Source: Escherichia coli (GTDB lineage Bacteria; Pseudomonadota; Gammaproteobacteria; Enterobacterales; Enterobacteriaceae). Taken from it: a stretch of 64,000 nt of DNA. Where the stretch lies: NCBI RefSeq assembly GCF_036507355.1, contig NZ_AP027877.1, one strand, 5' to 3'. Position numbers and translations under genes: made by a program. Below are positions 12,355-23,132 of the stretch, one piece after another. The first letter of the stretch is position 1. Each line of letters starts with the position of its first letter. The notes beneath the pieces are model-generated. The model had not been told where the DNA came from. It did no database searches and saw nothing but the letters and a program-made list of their open reading frames with translations.

Positions 12355-12908
12355 GATGCCCGCAGCTCCTTGCGCCACTGATACAAACCATGCCAGGCGT
12401 TAATCCAGAACAGGAAATATAAACCGGCGGTCAGGTTTAAACCGCGAGTCATATACAGTGGAACCGCCAGGGTATTCACCGCTAACCAGACGTACCAGTT
12501 TTCGATCCTTCTTCCCATCAACATGAATTGCGCCAGAACGCTGAAGGTCAAAATCAACGAATCCAGCCAGGGGGCCCAGGCATTGGTAAAGGTGTGGAGC
12601 AAAAAGCCGTAGCCGCCTGCCACGACAACGGCACAGAGTAACAAGAGGAAAAAGTGACTGGCTTGCGTCCGACGCACTGGCAAGACATCGCCACCCTGAC
12701 CTTTCAGCCAGTGGATCCAACCGGTGATGCTGGTCGCGATGAAGAATAACTGGAGCGTGACATCGGCATAGAGTTGCACGGACCAAAAAACCCAGCCATA
12801 AAGCATGCTACCAATTATGCCGATCCACCACGTATGCACATTGTTTCTGGCAGCCAGCCAGACGGAAACCGCGTATGCCAGACACGCGGCGATTTCTGAA
12901 TAAGACAT
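12351..12908 (-). CDS. PnuC-family nicotinamide-riboside-type transporter, short form
   Basis: 185-aa polytopic membrane protein; Trp-rich helices with QLYA..LQ.FF.A....GW..W and ENW..W..N motifs matching PnuC; SD AGGGAGGG 4 nt upstream; only ~22 bp after the alr stop. Confidence 0.85.
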   Translation of the reverse strand: MSYSEIAACLAYAVSVWLAARNNVHTWWIGIIGSMLYGWVFWSVQLYADVTLQLFFIATSITGWIHWLKGQGGDVLPVRRTQASHFFLLLLCAVVVAGGYGFLLHTFTNAWAPWLDSLILTFSVLAQFMLMGRRIENWYVWLAVNTLAVPLYMTRGLNLTAGLYFLFWINAWHGLYQWRKELRAS

Positions 12909-12930
12909 TGTCCCTCCCTGGAGACGGATA

Positions 12931-14010
12931 TTAATCCACGTATTTCATCGCGACCCTTGAAGTCAGGCGCGTAATAAGTTCGTAAGCGCTTACTTTCGTC
13001 ATTTCAGCGATACGTTCTACGGGCAAACCTTCACCCCACAAAATGACCGGGTCCCCGGCTTTATCCTGTGCCTGTGGACCTAAGTCTACGCAGATCATAT
13101 CCATCGCGACTCGCCCGACAATCGGCACTTCGCGACCGTTCACCAGCACTGGCGTACCAGACGGCGCAGCGCGCGGATAACCATCGCCATAGCCCATCGC
13201 GACTACGCCAAGACGGGTATCACGTTCGCTTACCCAGGTTCCACCATAACCAACAGGTTCTCCGGCTTTATGCTCACGCACGGCAATCAGGCTGGAGGTT
13301 AGTGACATCACTGGCTGACAGCCAAAATCGGCACCGGTGGAGCGATCTTCCAGCGGCGAGACGCCATAAAGAATGATGCCCGGGCGCACCCAGTCAAAAT
13401 GCGACTGTGGCCACAGCAGAATGCCACCCGATGCGGCAATGGAACGTTGACCAGGTTTGCCTTCGCAAAAGGTATTAAAGATAGCGAGTTGTTTCTCGGT
13501 TGCGCCGCATTTTGGTTCATCCGCGCGCGCAAAATGGCTGACGATATTCACCGGCTGACGAACGTTTTTGCACTGGGTCAGGCGATGATAAAACGCCTCA
13601 GCCTGTTCCGGCCTTACGCCCAGACGGTGCATACCGGTATCGAGTTTCATCCAGACGGTAACCGGCTCTTCCAGATGCGCCTCTTCCAGCGCAGCCAGCT
13701 GTTCTTCGTTATGTACGGCGGTATGAAAATGTTGCGCAGAAATCGTCGGCAGATCTCTGGCATCAAAAAAGCCTTCGAGTAACAGTACAGGTTTGGTGAT
13801 TCCCCCCGCACGCAGTCGCAGAGCTTCTTCGAGACGGGCTACGCCAAAGGCGTCAGCATCGGGGAGCGTTCGCGCGGTCTCAAGAAGACCGTGACCATAA
13901 GCGTTCGCTTTCACCACCGCAACCATTTTACTGGCAGGAGCCAGTTCACGAAGACGTTGCAGGTTGTGTCGCAGAGCGCGGCGGTTAATCACAACAGTTG
14001 CCGCTTGCAT
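12931..14010 (-). CDS. alr: alanine racemase (biosynthetic)
   Basis: 359 aa; PLP-binding [11 protein letters not shown] near the N-terminus. Confidence 0.97.
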   Translation of the reverse strand: MQAATVVINRRALRHNLQRLRELAPASKMVAVVKANAYGHGLLETARTLPDADAFGVARLEEALRLRAGGITKPVLLLEGFFDARDLPTISAQHFHTAVHNEEQLAALEEAHLEEPVTVWMKLDTGMHRLGVRPEQAEAFYHRLTQCKNVRQPVNIVSHFARADEPKCGATEKQLAIFNTFCEGKPGQRSIAASGGILLWPQSHFDWVRPGIILYGVSPLEDRSTGADFGCQPVMSLTSSLIAVREHKAGEPVGYGGTWVSERDTRLGVVAMGYGDGYPRAAPSGTPVLVNGREVPIVGRVAMDMICVDLGPQAQDKAGDPVILWGEGLPVERIAEMTKVSAYELITRLTSRVAMKYVD

Positions 14011-14062
14011 TTGTGTTCCTTGATAAGTGTTTGCTTTAATTACCTAATTCATAAAATAATTA

Positions 14063-15478
14063 TTATTCGTCGTCGTACTGCGGCCCCGCATAGTTGTCGA
14101 AGCGCGACCATTGACCGTTAAAGGTCAGGCGTACCGTCCCGATTGGGCCGTTACGTTGTTTACCGATAATAATTTCCGCGATGCCTTTTAAATCACTGTT
14201 TTCGTGATACACCTCATCACGATAGATAAACATGATCAAGTCCGCATCCTGCTCGATGGAGCCGGATTCACGCAAGTCGGAGTTGACCGGGCGTTTGTCG
14301 GCACGTTGTTCCAGAGAACGGTTCAACTGGGACAGCGCCACCACCGGCACGTTCAGTTCTTTCGCCAGTGCTTTCAGCGAGCGGGAGATTTCTGCAATTT
14401 CCAGCGTACGGTTATCGGAAAGTGCCGGTACGCGCATCAGTTGCAGGTAGTCGATCATGATAAGCCCGATGCCGCCGTGTTCACGGGCAATACGGCGTGC
14501 GCGGGAACGCACTTCCGTTGGCGTCAAGCCGGAGGAGTCATCGATATAGATATTGCGTTTTTCGAGCAAAATACCCATGGTGCCGGAAATGCGTGCCCAG
14601 TCTTCATCATCGAGTTGCCCGGTACGGATTTTAGTCTGGTCAACGCGCGACAGCGACGCCAGAGAACGCATCATGATCTGTTCTGATGGCATCTCCAGCG
14701 AGAAGATAAGTACCGGTTTATCCTGCAACATCGCCGCGTTTTCGACGAGGTTCATCGCAAATGTTGTTTTACCCATCGACGGACGCGCGGCGACGATGAT
14801 CAAATCCGACGGCTGCAAGCCAGCGGTTTTTTTGTTGAGATCGTCATAACCGGTGTTTACCCCGGTAACGCCATCGTGTGGCTGCTGAAACAACTGCTCA
14901 ATACGCGCCACGGTTGCGTCGAGCACATCGGCGATGTTCTTCGGCCCTTCGTCTTTGTTTGCACGACTTTCGGCAATTTTAAAGACGCGGGATTCAGCCA
15001 GGTCCAGCAGATCTTCGCTGGTGCGCCCCTGTGGATCAAAACCGGCTTCGGCAATCTCATTCGCAACCGAGATCATCTCGCGAACAACGGCACGTTCACG
15101 CACGATGTCCGCATAAGCACTGATGTTCGCCGCACTTGGCGTATTTTTTGACAGTTCTGCCAGATAAGCAAATCCACCGACGCTATCGAGTTGCCCCTGG
15201 CGTTCCAGCGATTCCGCAAGAGTAATCAGATCGATAGGACTACCGCTTTCCTGCAAACGCGCCATTTCAGTAAAGATATGACGGTGTGGGCGGGTGTAAA
15301 AATCGTCTGCTACCACACGCTCGGCTACATCATCCCAGCGTTCGTTATCCAGCATTAAACCGCCCAACACCGACTGCTCCGCTTCGATCGAGTGCGGAGG
15401 CACTTTCAGCCCGGCAACTTGTGGATCGCGTTCGCGGGGTTCAGCCTGCTGTTTGTTGAAGGGTTTATTTCCTGCCAT
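14063..15478 (-). CDS. dnaB: replicative DNA helicase DnaB
   Basis: 471 aa; RecA-like domain with Walker A AARPSMGKTTFA; C-terminus ...GPQYDDE. Confidence 0.98.
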   Translation of the reverse strand: MAGNKPFNKQQAEPRERDPQVAGLKVPPHSIEAEQSVLGGLMLDNERWDDVAERVVADDFYTRPHRHIFTEMARLQESGSPIDLITLAESLERQGQLDSVGGFAYLAELSKNTPSAANISAYADIVRERAVVREMISVANEIAEAGFDPQGRTSEDLLDLAESRVFKIAESRANKDEGPKNIADVLDATVARIEQLFQQPHDGVTGVNTGYDDLNKKTAGLQPSDLIIVAARPSMGKTTFAMNLVENAAMLQDKPVLIFSLEMPSEQIMMRSLASLSRVDQTKIRTGQLDDEDWARISGTMGILLEKRNIYIDDSSGLTPTEVRSRARRIAREHGGIGLIMIDYLQLMRVPALSDNRTLEIAEISRSLKALAKELNVPVVALSQLNRSLEQRADKRPVNSDLRESGSIEQDADLIMFIYRDEVYHENSDLKGIAEIIIGKQRNGPIGTVRLTFNGQWSRFDNYAGPQYDDE

Positions 15479-15560
15479 AGTGAATGGAGTTACCGAGATA
15501 AAGAATGGGTCGAAACTTTACCATATGAAGCAGACCCTGACGATACGTTCTGGAGGACAC

Positions 15561-16544
15561 ATGGCAACACGAATTGAATTTCACAAGCACGGTGGCCCGG
15601 AAGTACTTCAAGCCGTAGAGTTCACTCCTGCCGATCCGGCGGAGAATGAAATCCAGGTCGAAAATAAAGCCATCGGCATCAATTTTATCGACACATATAT
15701 CCGCAGCGGCCTTTACCCGCCGCCATCGCTACCCAGCGGATTAGGTACCGAAGCGGCAGGCATCGTGAGTAAAGTCGGCAGTGGTGTAAAGCATATTAAG
15801 GATGGCGATCGTGTAGTCTATGCGCAGTCGGCGTTAGGCGCTTACAGCTCTGTGCATAACATTAATGCGGATAAAGCGGCGATTCTGCCTGCGGCAATTT
15901 CTTTTGAGCAAGCTGCGGCATCCTTCCTGAAAGGCTTAACGGTTTATTATCTGCTGCGCAAAACCTATGAAATTAAACCCGATGAGCAGTTCCTGTTCCA
16001 CGCAGCAGCTGGCGGCGTTGGCTTGATTGCCTGCCAGTGGGCAAAAGCCCTGGGCGCGAAACTTATCGGCACCGTAGGAACTGCGCAAAAAGCGCAGAGC
16101 GCGCTAAAAGCGGGCGCGTGGCAGGTTATTAACTATCGTGAAGAGAATCTGGTCGAGCGGTTAAAAGAGATCACCGGTGGTAAAAAAGTGCGCGTGGTGT
16201 ACGATTCCGTGGGCAGAGACACCTGGGAACGGTCGCTGGATTGCCTGCAACGCCGCGGCTTAATGGTGAGTTTTGGCAACTCATCAGGTGCGGTTACCGG
16301 TGTGAACTTAGGCATTCTCAATCAGAAAGGCTCGTTGTATGTGACACGCCCTTCCCTGCAAGGCTATATCACCACGCGGGAGGAATTAACCGAGGCCAGT
16401 AATGAACTGTTCTCTTTGATTGCCAGCGGTGTGATTAAGGTCGATGTCGCCGAGCAGCAGAAATATCCGCTGAAGGATGCGCAGCGTGCGCATGCGATTC
16501 TGGAAAGCCGGGCGACGCAAGGTTCCAGCCTGTTGATTCCATAA
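15561..16544 (+). CDS. qor: NADPH:quinone oxidoreductase
   Basis: Internal ATG of track ORF gives 327 aa (MATRIEFHKHGGPEVL...); MDR-family fold with AAAGGVG nucleotide-binding motif. Confidence 0.95.
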   Translation: MATRIEFHKHGGPEVLQAVEFTPADPAENEIQVENKAIGINFIDTYIRSGLYPPPSLPSGLGTEAAGIVSKVGSGVKHIKDGDRVVYAQSALGAYSSVHNINADKAAILPAAISFEQAAASFLKGLTVYYLLRKTYEIKPDEQFLFHAAAGGVGLIACQWAKALGAKLIGTVGTAQKAQSALKAGAWQVINYREENLVERLKEITGGKKVRVVYDSVGRDTWERSLDCLQRRGLMVSFGNSSGAVTGVNLGILNQKGSLYVTRPSLQGYITTREELTEASNELFSLIASGVIKVDVAEQQKYPLKDAQRAHAILESRATQGSSLLIP

Positions 16545-16553
16545 AAGAAATAG

Positions 16554-16583
16554 GGCTTCCACCTGGGAAGCCCTTTCTTTTTA
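16554..16583 (+). terminator. rho-independent terminator of qor
   Basis: GGGCTTCCCA...TGGGAAGCCC hairpin followed by TTTCTTTTT. Confidence 0.65.
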
Positions 16584-16709
16584 TAGTTCGGCTGTATGTA
16601 GGGTACAGCACGATGAATCTGTTAGAGGCGCAATAGTGACAGGTTTGATTATCAATTCCTATTTTGTTCTAAGGATAAAACCTTAGGTTGTGATCATCCG
16701 CACAATCCC

Positions 16710-16952
16710 TTAGTAACGCCAGCGGTCATAACGCTGATATTTCGGCACTTTTGGTGCTTTAATCGCCTTAATAACCCACACCACCGCAATCGCCAGGAGT
16801 AACCACGGCAGCAACTTAATCATCAATGCCAGCATACCGCCGAGGAACATAATGGCCGTCGCCACAACCAGCGCGGCGATAATGCCCAGCAACGAAACGC
16901 CGGTGACCATCAACATGACAAAAAAGCCAATCACAAAAAGTAGTTCCAGCAT
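16710..16952 (-). CDS. pspG: phage-shock protein G
   Basis: Internal ATG of track ORF gives 80 aa (MLELLFVIGFFVMLMV...), two hydrophobic helices. Confidence 0.85.
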   Translation of the reverse strand: MLELLFVIGFFVMLMVTGVSLLGIIAALVVATAIMFLGGMLALMIKLLPWLLLAIAVVWVIKAIKAPKVPKYQRYDRWRY

Positions 16953-16985
16953 GATGCTCTCCCAAATATGAAATCTCTTGCTGGC

Positions 16986-17003
16986 ATTACAAGAATCATG
17001 CCA
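16986..17003 (-). promoter_or_regulatory. candidate sigma54 (-24/-12) promoter of pspG
   Basis: Minus-strand TGGCATGATTCTTGTAAT, close to the TGGCAC-N5-TTGCA consensus, ~35 bp upstream of the pspG start. Confidence 0.5.
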
Positions 17004-17085
17004 AAAATAATCTATTGATTTAACAGCAAAACGCCCCGCGACGGTGCGCAGGGCGTGGTGAATTTGACTATTTTTTGGTGAAAAG

Positions 17086-18078
17086 TTAACGCTTATCCGC
17101 CACCAGTTTGAGCGCGTGTTCCAGCACATTAATGTCTGCACCCGCTTTATGGGCATTTTCACTTAAATAACGCCGCCACTGCCGCGCGCCAGGAATACCC
17201 TGGAACAAGCCCAACATATGCCGGGTAATATGGCCAAGATACGTCCCCTGGCTGAGTTCACGCTCAATGTACGGATACATGGCGCGCACTACCGCCACCG
17301 GATCGGCATCGGTATCCGAGGAACCAAAGATCTCCCGGTCTACCGCCGCCAGAATACCCGGATTCTGATACGCCTCGCGCCCGACCATCACGCCATCCAT
17401 ATGTTGCAAATGCGCTTTAGCTTCTTCCAGCGACTTGATGCCACCGTTAATGGACATTGTCAGATGCGGAAAGTCACGCTTCAGTTGATACACACGCGGA
17501 TAATCGAGCGGCGGGATTTCACGGTTTTCTTTCGGGCTTAACCCCGAAAGCCAGGCTTTACGTGCATGGATGATGAACATCTCACACTCGCCTTTGCCGG
17601 AAACGGTGTTGATGAAATCGCAGAGAAATTCATAGCTGTCCTGGTCATCGATGCCAATACGCGTTTTCACCGTCACCGGAATCGACACCACATCGCGCAT
17701 CGCTTTCACGCAGTCGGCAACCAGCTGCGCATTACCCATCAGACACGCACCAAACATGCCGTTCTGCACCCGGTCAGACGGGCAGCCGACATTCAGGTTG
17801 ATCTCATCATATCCACGCGCTTCTGCCAGCTTCGCACACTGCGCCAGCGCCGCCGGATCGCTACCGCCGAGTTGCAACGCTACCGGATGTTCTTCTTCAC
17901 TGTACGCCAGATAATCACCTTTACCGTGAATAATCGCCCCTGTGGTCACCATTTCGGTATACAGCAACGTATTGCGGGAAAGCAGACGCAAGAAATAGCG
18001 GCAATGTCTGTCCGTCCAGTCGAGCATTGGTGCAACGCTAAACCGACCACTCCAGTGAACGTCAGTTTTTTCAGGCAT
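17086..18078 (-). CDS. dusA: tRNA-dihydrouridine synthase A
   Basis: TIM-barrel Dus-family sequence; ATG at 18078 gives 330 aa, track ORF extends to 18129. Confidence 0.9.
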   Translation of the reverse strand: MPEKTDVHWSGRFSVAPMLDWTDRHCRYFLRLLSRNTLLYTEMVTTGAIIHGKGDYLAYSEEEHPVALQLGGSDPAALAQCAKLAEARGYDEINLNVGCPSDRVQNGMFGACLMGNAQLVADCVKAMRDVVSIPVTVKTRIGIDDQDSYEFLCDFINTVSGKGECEMFIIHARKAWLSGLSPKENREIPPLDYPRVYQLKRDFPHLTMSINGGIKSLEEAKAHLQHMDGVMVGREAYQNPGILAAVDREIFGSSDTDADPVAVVRAMYPYIERELSQGTYLGHITRHMLGLFQGIPGARQWRRYLSENAHKAGADINVLEHALKLVADKR

Positions 18079-18485
18079 TGCGCTGGTTTGGTTGATTTTT
18101 TGCATTTCAGAATTACCGTGCATTTTCAAATGTAAAGATTATTTTATCGATATATCATTGAGTTATGTTATTCAGCATCACTGTTCAGGAGGCTCAATAG
18201 CGGGATACTATACCATAACAACAGGAAGCGCCTGTCTCATTGCAAAAGAAAATTGAGATCCTCTCAAGGCATGAAGCTCTCACGAAGTGATGGAAATAAT
18301 CTTATTAGCCGTTAGCTTTGTTAAGGCCAATGATAAACAATCCAGGTTCGACGATAAATAAAAATCACACATTAAACTCCGGTGATATCTCTCCCTGCTA
18401 ATAGCACTGATAGAGAAAAAAAGAACCCAATAAGCATTGGGTTCTTTTATGTAATGCCTTCTATACCATCGAAGAACTTCACATA

Positions 18486-19232
18486 TTATTTCTCCGATTT
18501 AACCCCGAATAAATCATAAATTAATTTAGAAGTGTCTGTAAGTATTTTAATCTTTTCCTTTGAGTTTGGGTCAAACGACTTAGCAAAGTCAATTAATTTC
18601 GGTGCAGCATCTCGCATTTTGCTTAAAATATCAGGTTCGAGCTTTCCTTCATTCACCAGAAGTGACATTTTATCCAGATAGTCATCAAATTTCATTCCCC
18701 CCCGGTCCGCCAGATGCTTCATCTCTCCCAGGTACTTCTTCATATCACGTTGAGATAATTCTTCAAACTGAGCTGTCAGATAGTTCTCATTATATTCATT
18801 AATCTTCACTCTTTCTGCTCCTGCTAAATCTACGTAGGCACTAGAATATGAAAGTGAAATTAACAGCGAAGCGAATAATTTTAAGCTGTTGTCATCATAT
18901 TCCTGACATGCATTAACAAACATTAAAAAACCAGAACCTATTGCTTGTAAATGTATATTTGCTAAAGGTTCATTATCTTTAGATTCTTCATAAAATAACT
19001 GAACCGTGGAGGGAAGGCCATTCTTGGTTTCTACATCAAAAGTATATCGTTCTATGGGCGTTGCATCTTTATTACCCTCAGTATTACATATACTATTAAC
19101 CGCGAAATGAAAAATAGCCCGATCAACAACTGATGCAATAAATTCACGATCGTTTAAGTCCTCATCAGTGCAATCTCCAATATACTCATTGACCCACACT
19201 TTGAGATTATTTATTTGCTCAATTAAAAACAC
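18486..19232 (-). CDS. yjbM: hypothetical protein in AT-rich block (YjbM position)
   Basis: 248-aa track ORF, low GC, no recognised domain; position matches K-12 yjbM between dusA and zur. Confidence 0.55.
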   Translation of the reverse strand: MFLIEQINNLKVWVNEYIGDCTDEDLNDREFIASVVDRAIFHFAVNSICNTEGNKDATPIERYTFDVETKNGLPSTVQLFYEESKDNEPLANIHLQAIGSGFLMFVNACQEYDDNSLKLFASLLISLSYSSAYVDLAGAERVKINEYNENYLTAQFEELSQRDMKKYLGEMKHLADRGGMKFDDYLDKMSLLVNEGKLEPDILSKMRDAAPKLIDFAKSFDPNSKEKIKILTDTSKLIYDLFGVKSEK

Positions 19233-19447
19233 ATTTTTTTACGTGCATGCCATAAATTATGAGTGATTCTTTGAATAAACAAATCTATTTTTACAATAAT
19301 TATATCCCGATGACGCAGCGCTGAATAATCAATAGACTTACCATATATATTATCTAATTTATCTTTGATTGCATCTTTATTATCGAATTGATTTGAATTG
19401 AGTGTTTTATTAAAGTATCCTGTTGCACCGGGTATTATCTTCAACAT
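19223..19447 (-). CDS. yjbL: small hypothetical protein (YjbL position)
   Basis: 74-aa track ORF overlapping the yjbM start by 10 bp, AT-rich. Confidence 0.45.
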   Translation of the reverse strand: MLKIIPGATGYFNKTLNSNQFDNKDAIKDKLDNIYGKSIDYSALRHRDIIIVKIDLFIQRITHNLWHARKKMCF

Positions 19448-19765
19448 GATTCATCTACCTTTTTTGTCGTACCGTGTCCTCCTTATAAGTGTTTTGCCAT
19501 CTGGTAACTATCAAAAATCGCTCATAATTTTCTGAACTACAGGTATGCGAACAACCCCTGTTAAATAAATAGCGAGTTAACTTGAAGCAATTTATTTAAA
19601 AATGAATTATTAATTATTATCGTGTTGATAATGGTACGACCAGGCAACACAACACCTTACGTACAAAACAGAAAATCAACATTACGGCAACAATAAGGGT
19701 TCTCGGTGTTTTTCCTGGAACATGGTAAAGTAAGGACATTCTTAACCCCCACTTTGAGGTGCCCG

Positions 19766-20281
19766 ATGGAAAAGACCACAACGCAGGAGTTATTAGCGCA
19801 GGCTGAAAAAATCTGCGCGCAGCGTAATGTGCGCCTGACCCCACAGCGCCTGGAAGTGTTGCGCCTGATGAGTCTGCAGGATGGCGCTATCAGCGCTTAT
19901 GATCTGCTTGATTTGCTGCGCGAAGCTGAACCGCAAGCCAAGCCGCCAACGGTTTATCGCGCGCTGGATTTTCTGCTTGAGCAAGGTTTTGTGCATAAGG
20001 TGGAATCCACCAACAGTTATGTGCTCTGCCATCTGTTCGACCAGCCCACCCATACGTCAGCTATGTTTATTTGCGATCGCTGCGGCGCGGTGAAAGAAGA
20101 ATGTGCTGAAGGCGTGGAAGACATCATGCATACGCTGGCGGCAAAAATGGGGTTTGCCCTGCGGCATAATGTGATTGAAGCACATGGGCTCTGTGCGGCA
20201 TGCGTGGAAGTGGAAGCGTGTCGTCATCCTGAACAGTGCCAGCATGATCACTCTGTGCAGGTGAAAAAGAAACCGCGTTAA
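19766..20281 (+). CDS. zur: zinc uptake regulator Zur (Fur family)
   Basis: Internal ATG gives 171 aa (MEKTTTQELLAQAEKICAQRNVRLTPQRLEVL...); C-terminal Cys/His metal-site residues. Confidence 0.95.
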   Translation: MEKTTTQELLAQAEKICAQRNVRLTPQRLEVLRLMSLQDGAISAYDLLDLLREAEPQAKPPTVYRALDFLLEQGFVHKVESTNSYVLCHLFDQPTHTSAMFICDRCGAVKEECAEGVEDIMHTLAAKMGFALRHNVIEAHGLCAACVEVEACRHPEQCQHDHSVQVKKKPR

Positions 20282-20322
20282 GAGGGCGTACATCCTTGTA
20301 CACGTCGGGCAGGAGGGATTAA

Positions 20323-20532
20323 TTACCAGCGATATTCATTGCGGGTTTCCCAATCCACGACCTCTTTTTCTGCCTGATCTTTCTGATAACCATAACGTTC
20401 CTGGATTTTACCGACCAGTTGATCACGTTTACCTTCAATGATCGTCATATCATCATCGGTCAGTTTGCCCCATTGCTCTTTCACTTTACCTTTAAACTGT
20501 TTCCAGTTACCGCCGGCTTCATCTTTATTCAT
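20323..20532 (-). CDS. yjbJ: CsbD-family stress protein YjbJ
   Basis: 69 aa from the ATG at 20532 (MNKDEAGGNWKQFKGKVKEQWGKLTDDD...). Confidence 0.85.
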   Translation of the reverse strand: MNKDEAGGNWKQFKGKVKEQWGKLTDDDMTIIEGKRDQLVGKIQERYGYQKDQAEKEVVDWETRNEYRW

Positions 20533-20647
20533 AATCAAGACCTCATCGTTAGGTTGTGAATGAGAGTACGTTCACTTTTCTTCTGAACGTGAGATTAAGT
20601 GTAGTCAGCAATTTGGCTTAGGATTATTTATTCAGAATTTTTAACCG

Positions 20648-22027
20648 TCACGTTGCGGCAAACCAGGTACCGTTGCGCCAGTGACGCCGCCAGATAGCTG
20701 CCAGAGAAAGCCCGCGCAACGCCAGAAAGACGGTTAACGCCAACCACAAACCATGATTACCCAGCCACGGCAGCGTAAGGAGCGTCAGCGCAAAACCTGC
20801 GGCGGCCACCGCCATACTGTTACGCATTTCGGCGGCACGCGTTGCGCCTATAAACATGCCGTCCAGCAGATAACACCAGACGCCGACCAACGGCAAAATC
20901 ACCTGCCAGATAAGATAGCGGTCGGCCAGCTGCTGAATCTGGGTTAACGACGTCAGCAACGCAATGATGTGTTCCCCTGCCAGCAAATAAACCACCGAAA
21001 ACAGTAACGCTACGATCCCCGACTGGCGGCACGCTGCCCGCCAGACATCCAGCAACTGGCTACCGTCGCGCGCACCGTATGCCTGACCGGAATGTGCTTC
21101 AACCGCGTAGGCAAAACCATCCAGCGCATAGGCGGTAAAGGTGAGTAGCGTCATCAGAACCGCGTTAACAGCGATAATGTCACTCCCCAGTCGCGCACCA
21201 AGTACGGTGATCGCGCCGAAACAGAGTTGCAACAACAGCGAGCGCAGCATGATATCGCGGTTAAGCGCCAGCAAGCGACGGAAGTTTCCTCGCCAGGCAG
21301 CTTTCAGCATTTCGCCGGAGATTCCGCGTAGTTTGAGGATCTTACGCACCATTAGCAGACCAATCAGCAATGTTGCATATTCCGCAATAACCGTCGCCAG
21401 CGCCGCACCCTGCACGTTCATATGCAGCCCCATTACCAGCCAGATATCCAGCACAATGTTGAGGATATTGCCGACCACTAACAAAATTACTGGCGCACGG
21501 GCATATTGCACGCCGAGTAACCAACCGAGTAATACCAGATTCGCCAGCGACGCCGGAGCGCTTAACCAGCGGATTTCAAGAAAGCGCCGCGCCTGTTCCA
21601 GGACCGCTTCACTACCGCCAACAATATGCAGCGCCAGATCGATAATCGGCGTACGCAACAGCGCAATTAACGCCCCAGCCCCCAACGCCAACAGCAACGG
21701 TTGCACCAGCGCACGGGCTAATGCCTGAGGATTTTTGGCACCATAAGCCTGCGCAGTCAGCCCGGTGGTGCTCATGCGTAAAAACAGCAACAGCATAAAG
21801 AGAAAGCTGGTCGCCGTTGCACCAACCGCCACGCCGCCCAAATAAACCGGACTATCAAGATGACCAATAACCGCCGTATCGACCAGTCCCAGCAACGGAA
21901 CGGTGATATTGGAGAAAATCATGGGTAAGGCGAGATGCCAAAGTGCTTTATCAGATGAAGTGAGGAATGCCATGCAGACAAGCCTGATGAAAAGAGATGA
22001 AAAACAAACCGCGACGCCAGGCGGCAT
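20648..22027 (-). CDS. dinF: MATE-family efflux protein DinF
   Basis: 459 aa, 12-TM MATE topology, immediately downstream of lexA. Confidence 0.93.
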   Translation of the reverse strand: MPPGVAVCFSSLFIRLVCMAFLTSSDKALWHLALPMIFSNITVPLLGLVDTAVIGHLDSPVYLGGVAVGATATSFLFMLLLFLRMSTTGLTAQAYGAKNPQALARALVQPLLLALGAGALIALLRTPIIDLALHIVGGSEAVLEQARRFLEIRWLSAPASLANLVLLGWLLGVQYARAPVILLVVGNILNIVLDIWLVMGLHMNVQGAALATVIAEYATLLIGLLMVRKILKLRGISGEMLKAAWRGNFRRLLALNRDIMLRSLLLQLCFGAITVLGARLGSDIIAVNAVLMTLLTFTAYALDGFAYAVEAHSGQAYGARDGSQLLDVWRAACRQSGIVALLFSVVYLLAGEHIIALLTSLTQIQQLADRYLIWQVILPLVGVWCYLLDGMFIGATRAAEMRNSMAVAAAGFALTLLTLPWLGNHGLWLALTVFLALRGLSLAAIWRRHWRNGTWFAAT

Positions 22028-22045
22028 CGCGGTCTCAGAGATATG

Positions 22046-22654
22046 TTACAGCCAGTCGCCGTTGCGAATAACTCCAACCGCCAGCCCTTCAATGGTGAAG
22101 CTCTGCTGACGAAGGTCAACGACAATTGGTTTAAACTCGCTATTTTCTGGCAACAGTTCGACTTTATTGCCCTGTTTTTTCAGGCGCTTAACGGTAACTT
22201 CGTCATCAATACGTGCGACAACGACCTGACCGTTACGTACATCCTGAGTTTTATGCACTGCCAGCAAGTCGCCATCCATAATGCCGATATCTTTCATCGA
22301 CATCCCGCTGACGCGCAGCAGGAAATCAGCATTCGGCTTGAACAAGGAAGGATCGACCTGATAATGACCTTCAATATGCTGTTGCGCCAGAAGCGGTTCA
22401 CCGGCAGCCACACGACCTACCAGTGGCAACCCTTCTTCCTCTTCCTGCAACAGACGAATCCCGCGTGATGCGCCGGAAACAATTTCAATTACGCCTTTGC
22501 GTGCCAGCGCCTTCAGATGTTCTTCAGCCGCGTTTGGGGAACGGAACCCCAAACGCTGCGCGATTTCCGCACGCGTCGGCGGCATACCTGTCTGGCTGAT
22601 GTGATCACGGATGAGATCAAACACCTCTTGTTGCCTGGCCGTTAACGCTTTCAT
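22046..22654 (-). CDS. lexA: LexA repressor
   Basis: 202 aa; N-terminal winged HTH; Ala-Gly autocleavage site (VAAGEPL); S24 peptidase Ser/Lys dyad. Confidence 0.98.
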   Translation of the reverse strand: MKALTARQQEVFDLIRDHISQTGMPPTRAEIAQRLGFRSPNAAEEHLKALARKGVIEIVSGASRGIRLLQEEEEGLPLVGRVAAGEPLLAQQHIEGHYQVDPSLFKPNADFLLRVSGMSMKDIGIMDGDLLAVHKTQDVRNGQVVVARIDDEVTVKRLKKQGNKVELLPENSEFKPIVVDLRQQSFTIEGLAVGVIRNGDWL

Positions 22655-22662
22655 TCCGCCCC

Positions 22663-22699
22663 CTGGGTGTATATACAGTTATGCTGTGAGTATATACAG
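22663..22699 (-). promoter_or_regulatory. two tandem LexA boxes in the lexA promoter
   Basis: Minus-strand CTGTATATACTCACAG and CTGTATATACACCCAG just upstream of the lexA start. Confidence 0.9.
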
Positions 22700-22763
22700 C
22701 AAAAGGCGATTTTGGAACCATAAACTGCACAATAAACCAGAGATTTATCGAATTCTGGAAGGG

Positions 22764-23132
22764 TTATCCAAAATGCGACCATAACAGGATGCACCAGGTA
22801 ATCACGGCGACGATAATCGCAATCAGCACCGCGGCGGATCCCATATCTTTAGCGCGTCCGGAAAGCTCATGGTATTCAGAGCCAATTCGGTCAACCACTG
22901 CTTCGATGGCGCTATTGAGGATTTCCACAATCATCACCAGCATCACGGAGCTGATAAGCAGCACGCGGGTAATCGCGTCCACATCCAGCCAGCAGGCGAT
23001 GACCACCGCCAACAATACCGCTACGCCTTCCTGACGGAATGCCGCTTCGTTGATCCATGCAGCGCGTAAACCTTTCCAGGAATAGCCAGCAGCTTTGATA
23101 ATTCGGGTGAATCCAGTGGTATTATTGGCCAT
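22764..23132 (-). CDS. dgkA: diacylglycerol kinase
   Basis: 122 aa, three TM helices. Confidence 0.95.
   Translation of the reverse strand: MANNTTGFTRIIKAAGYSWKGLRAAWINEAAFRQEGVAVLLAVVIACWLDVDAITRVLLISSVMLVMIVEILNSAIEAVVDRIGSEYHELSGRAKDMGSAAVLIAIIVAVITWCILLWSHFG

Noticed and set aside
17566-18135. 189-aa ORF antisense to dusA
   Set aside because: Antisense artefact.
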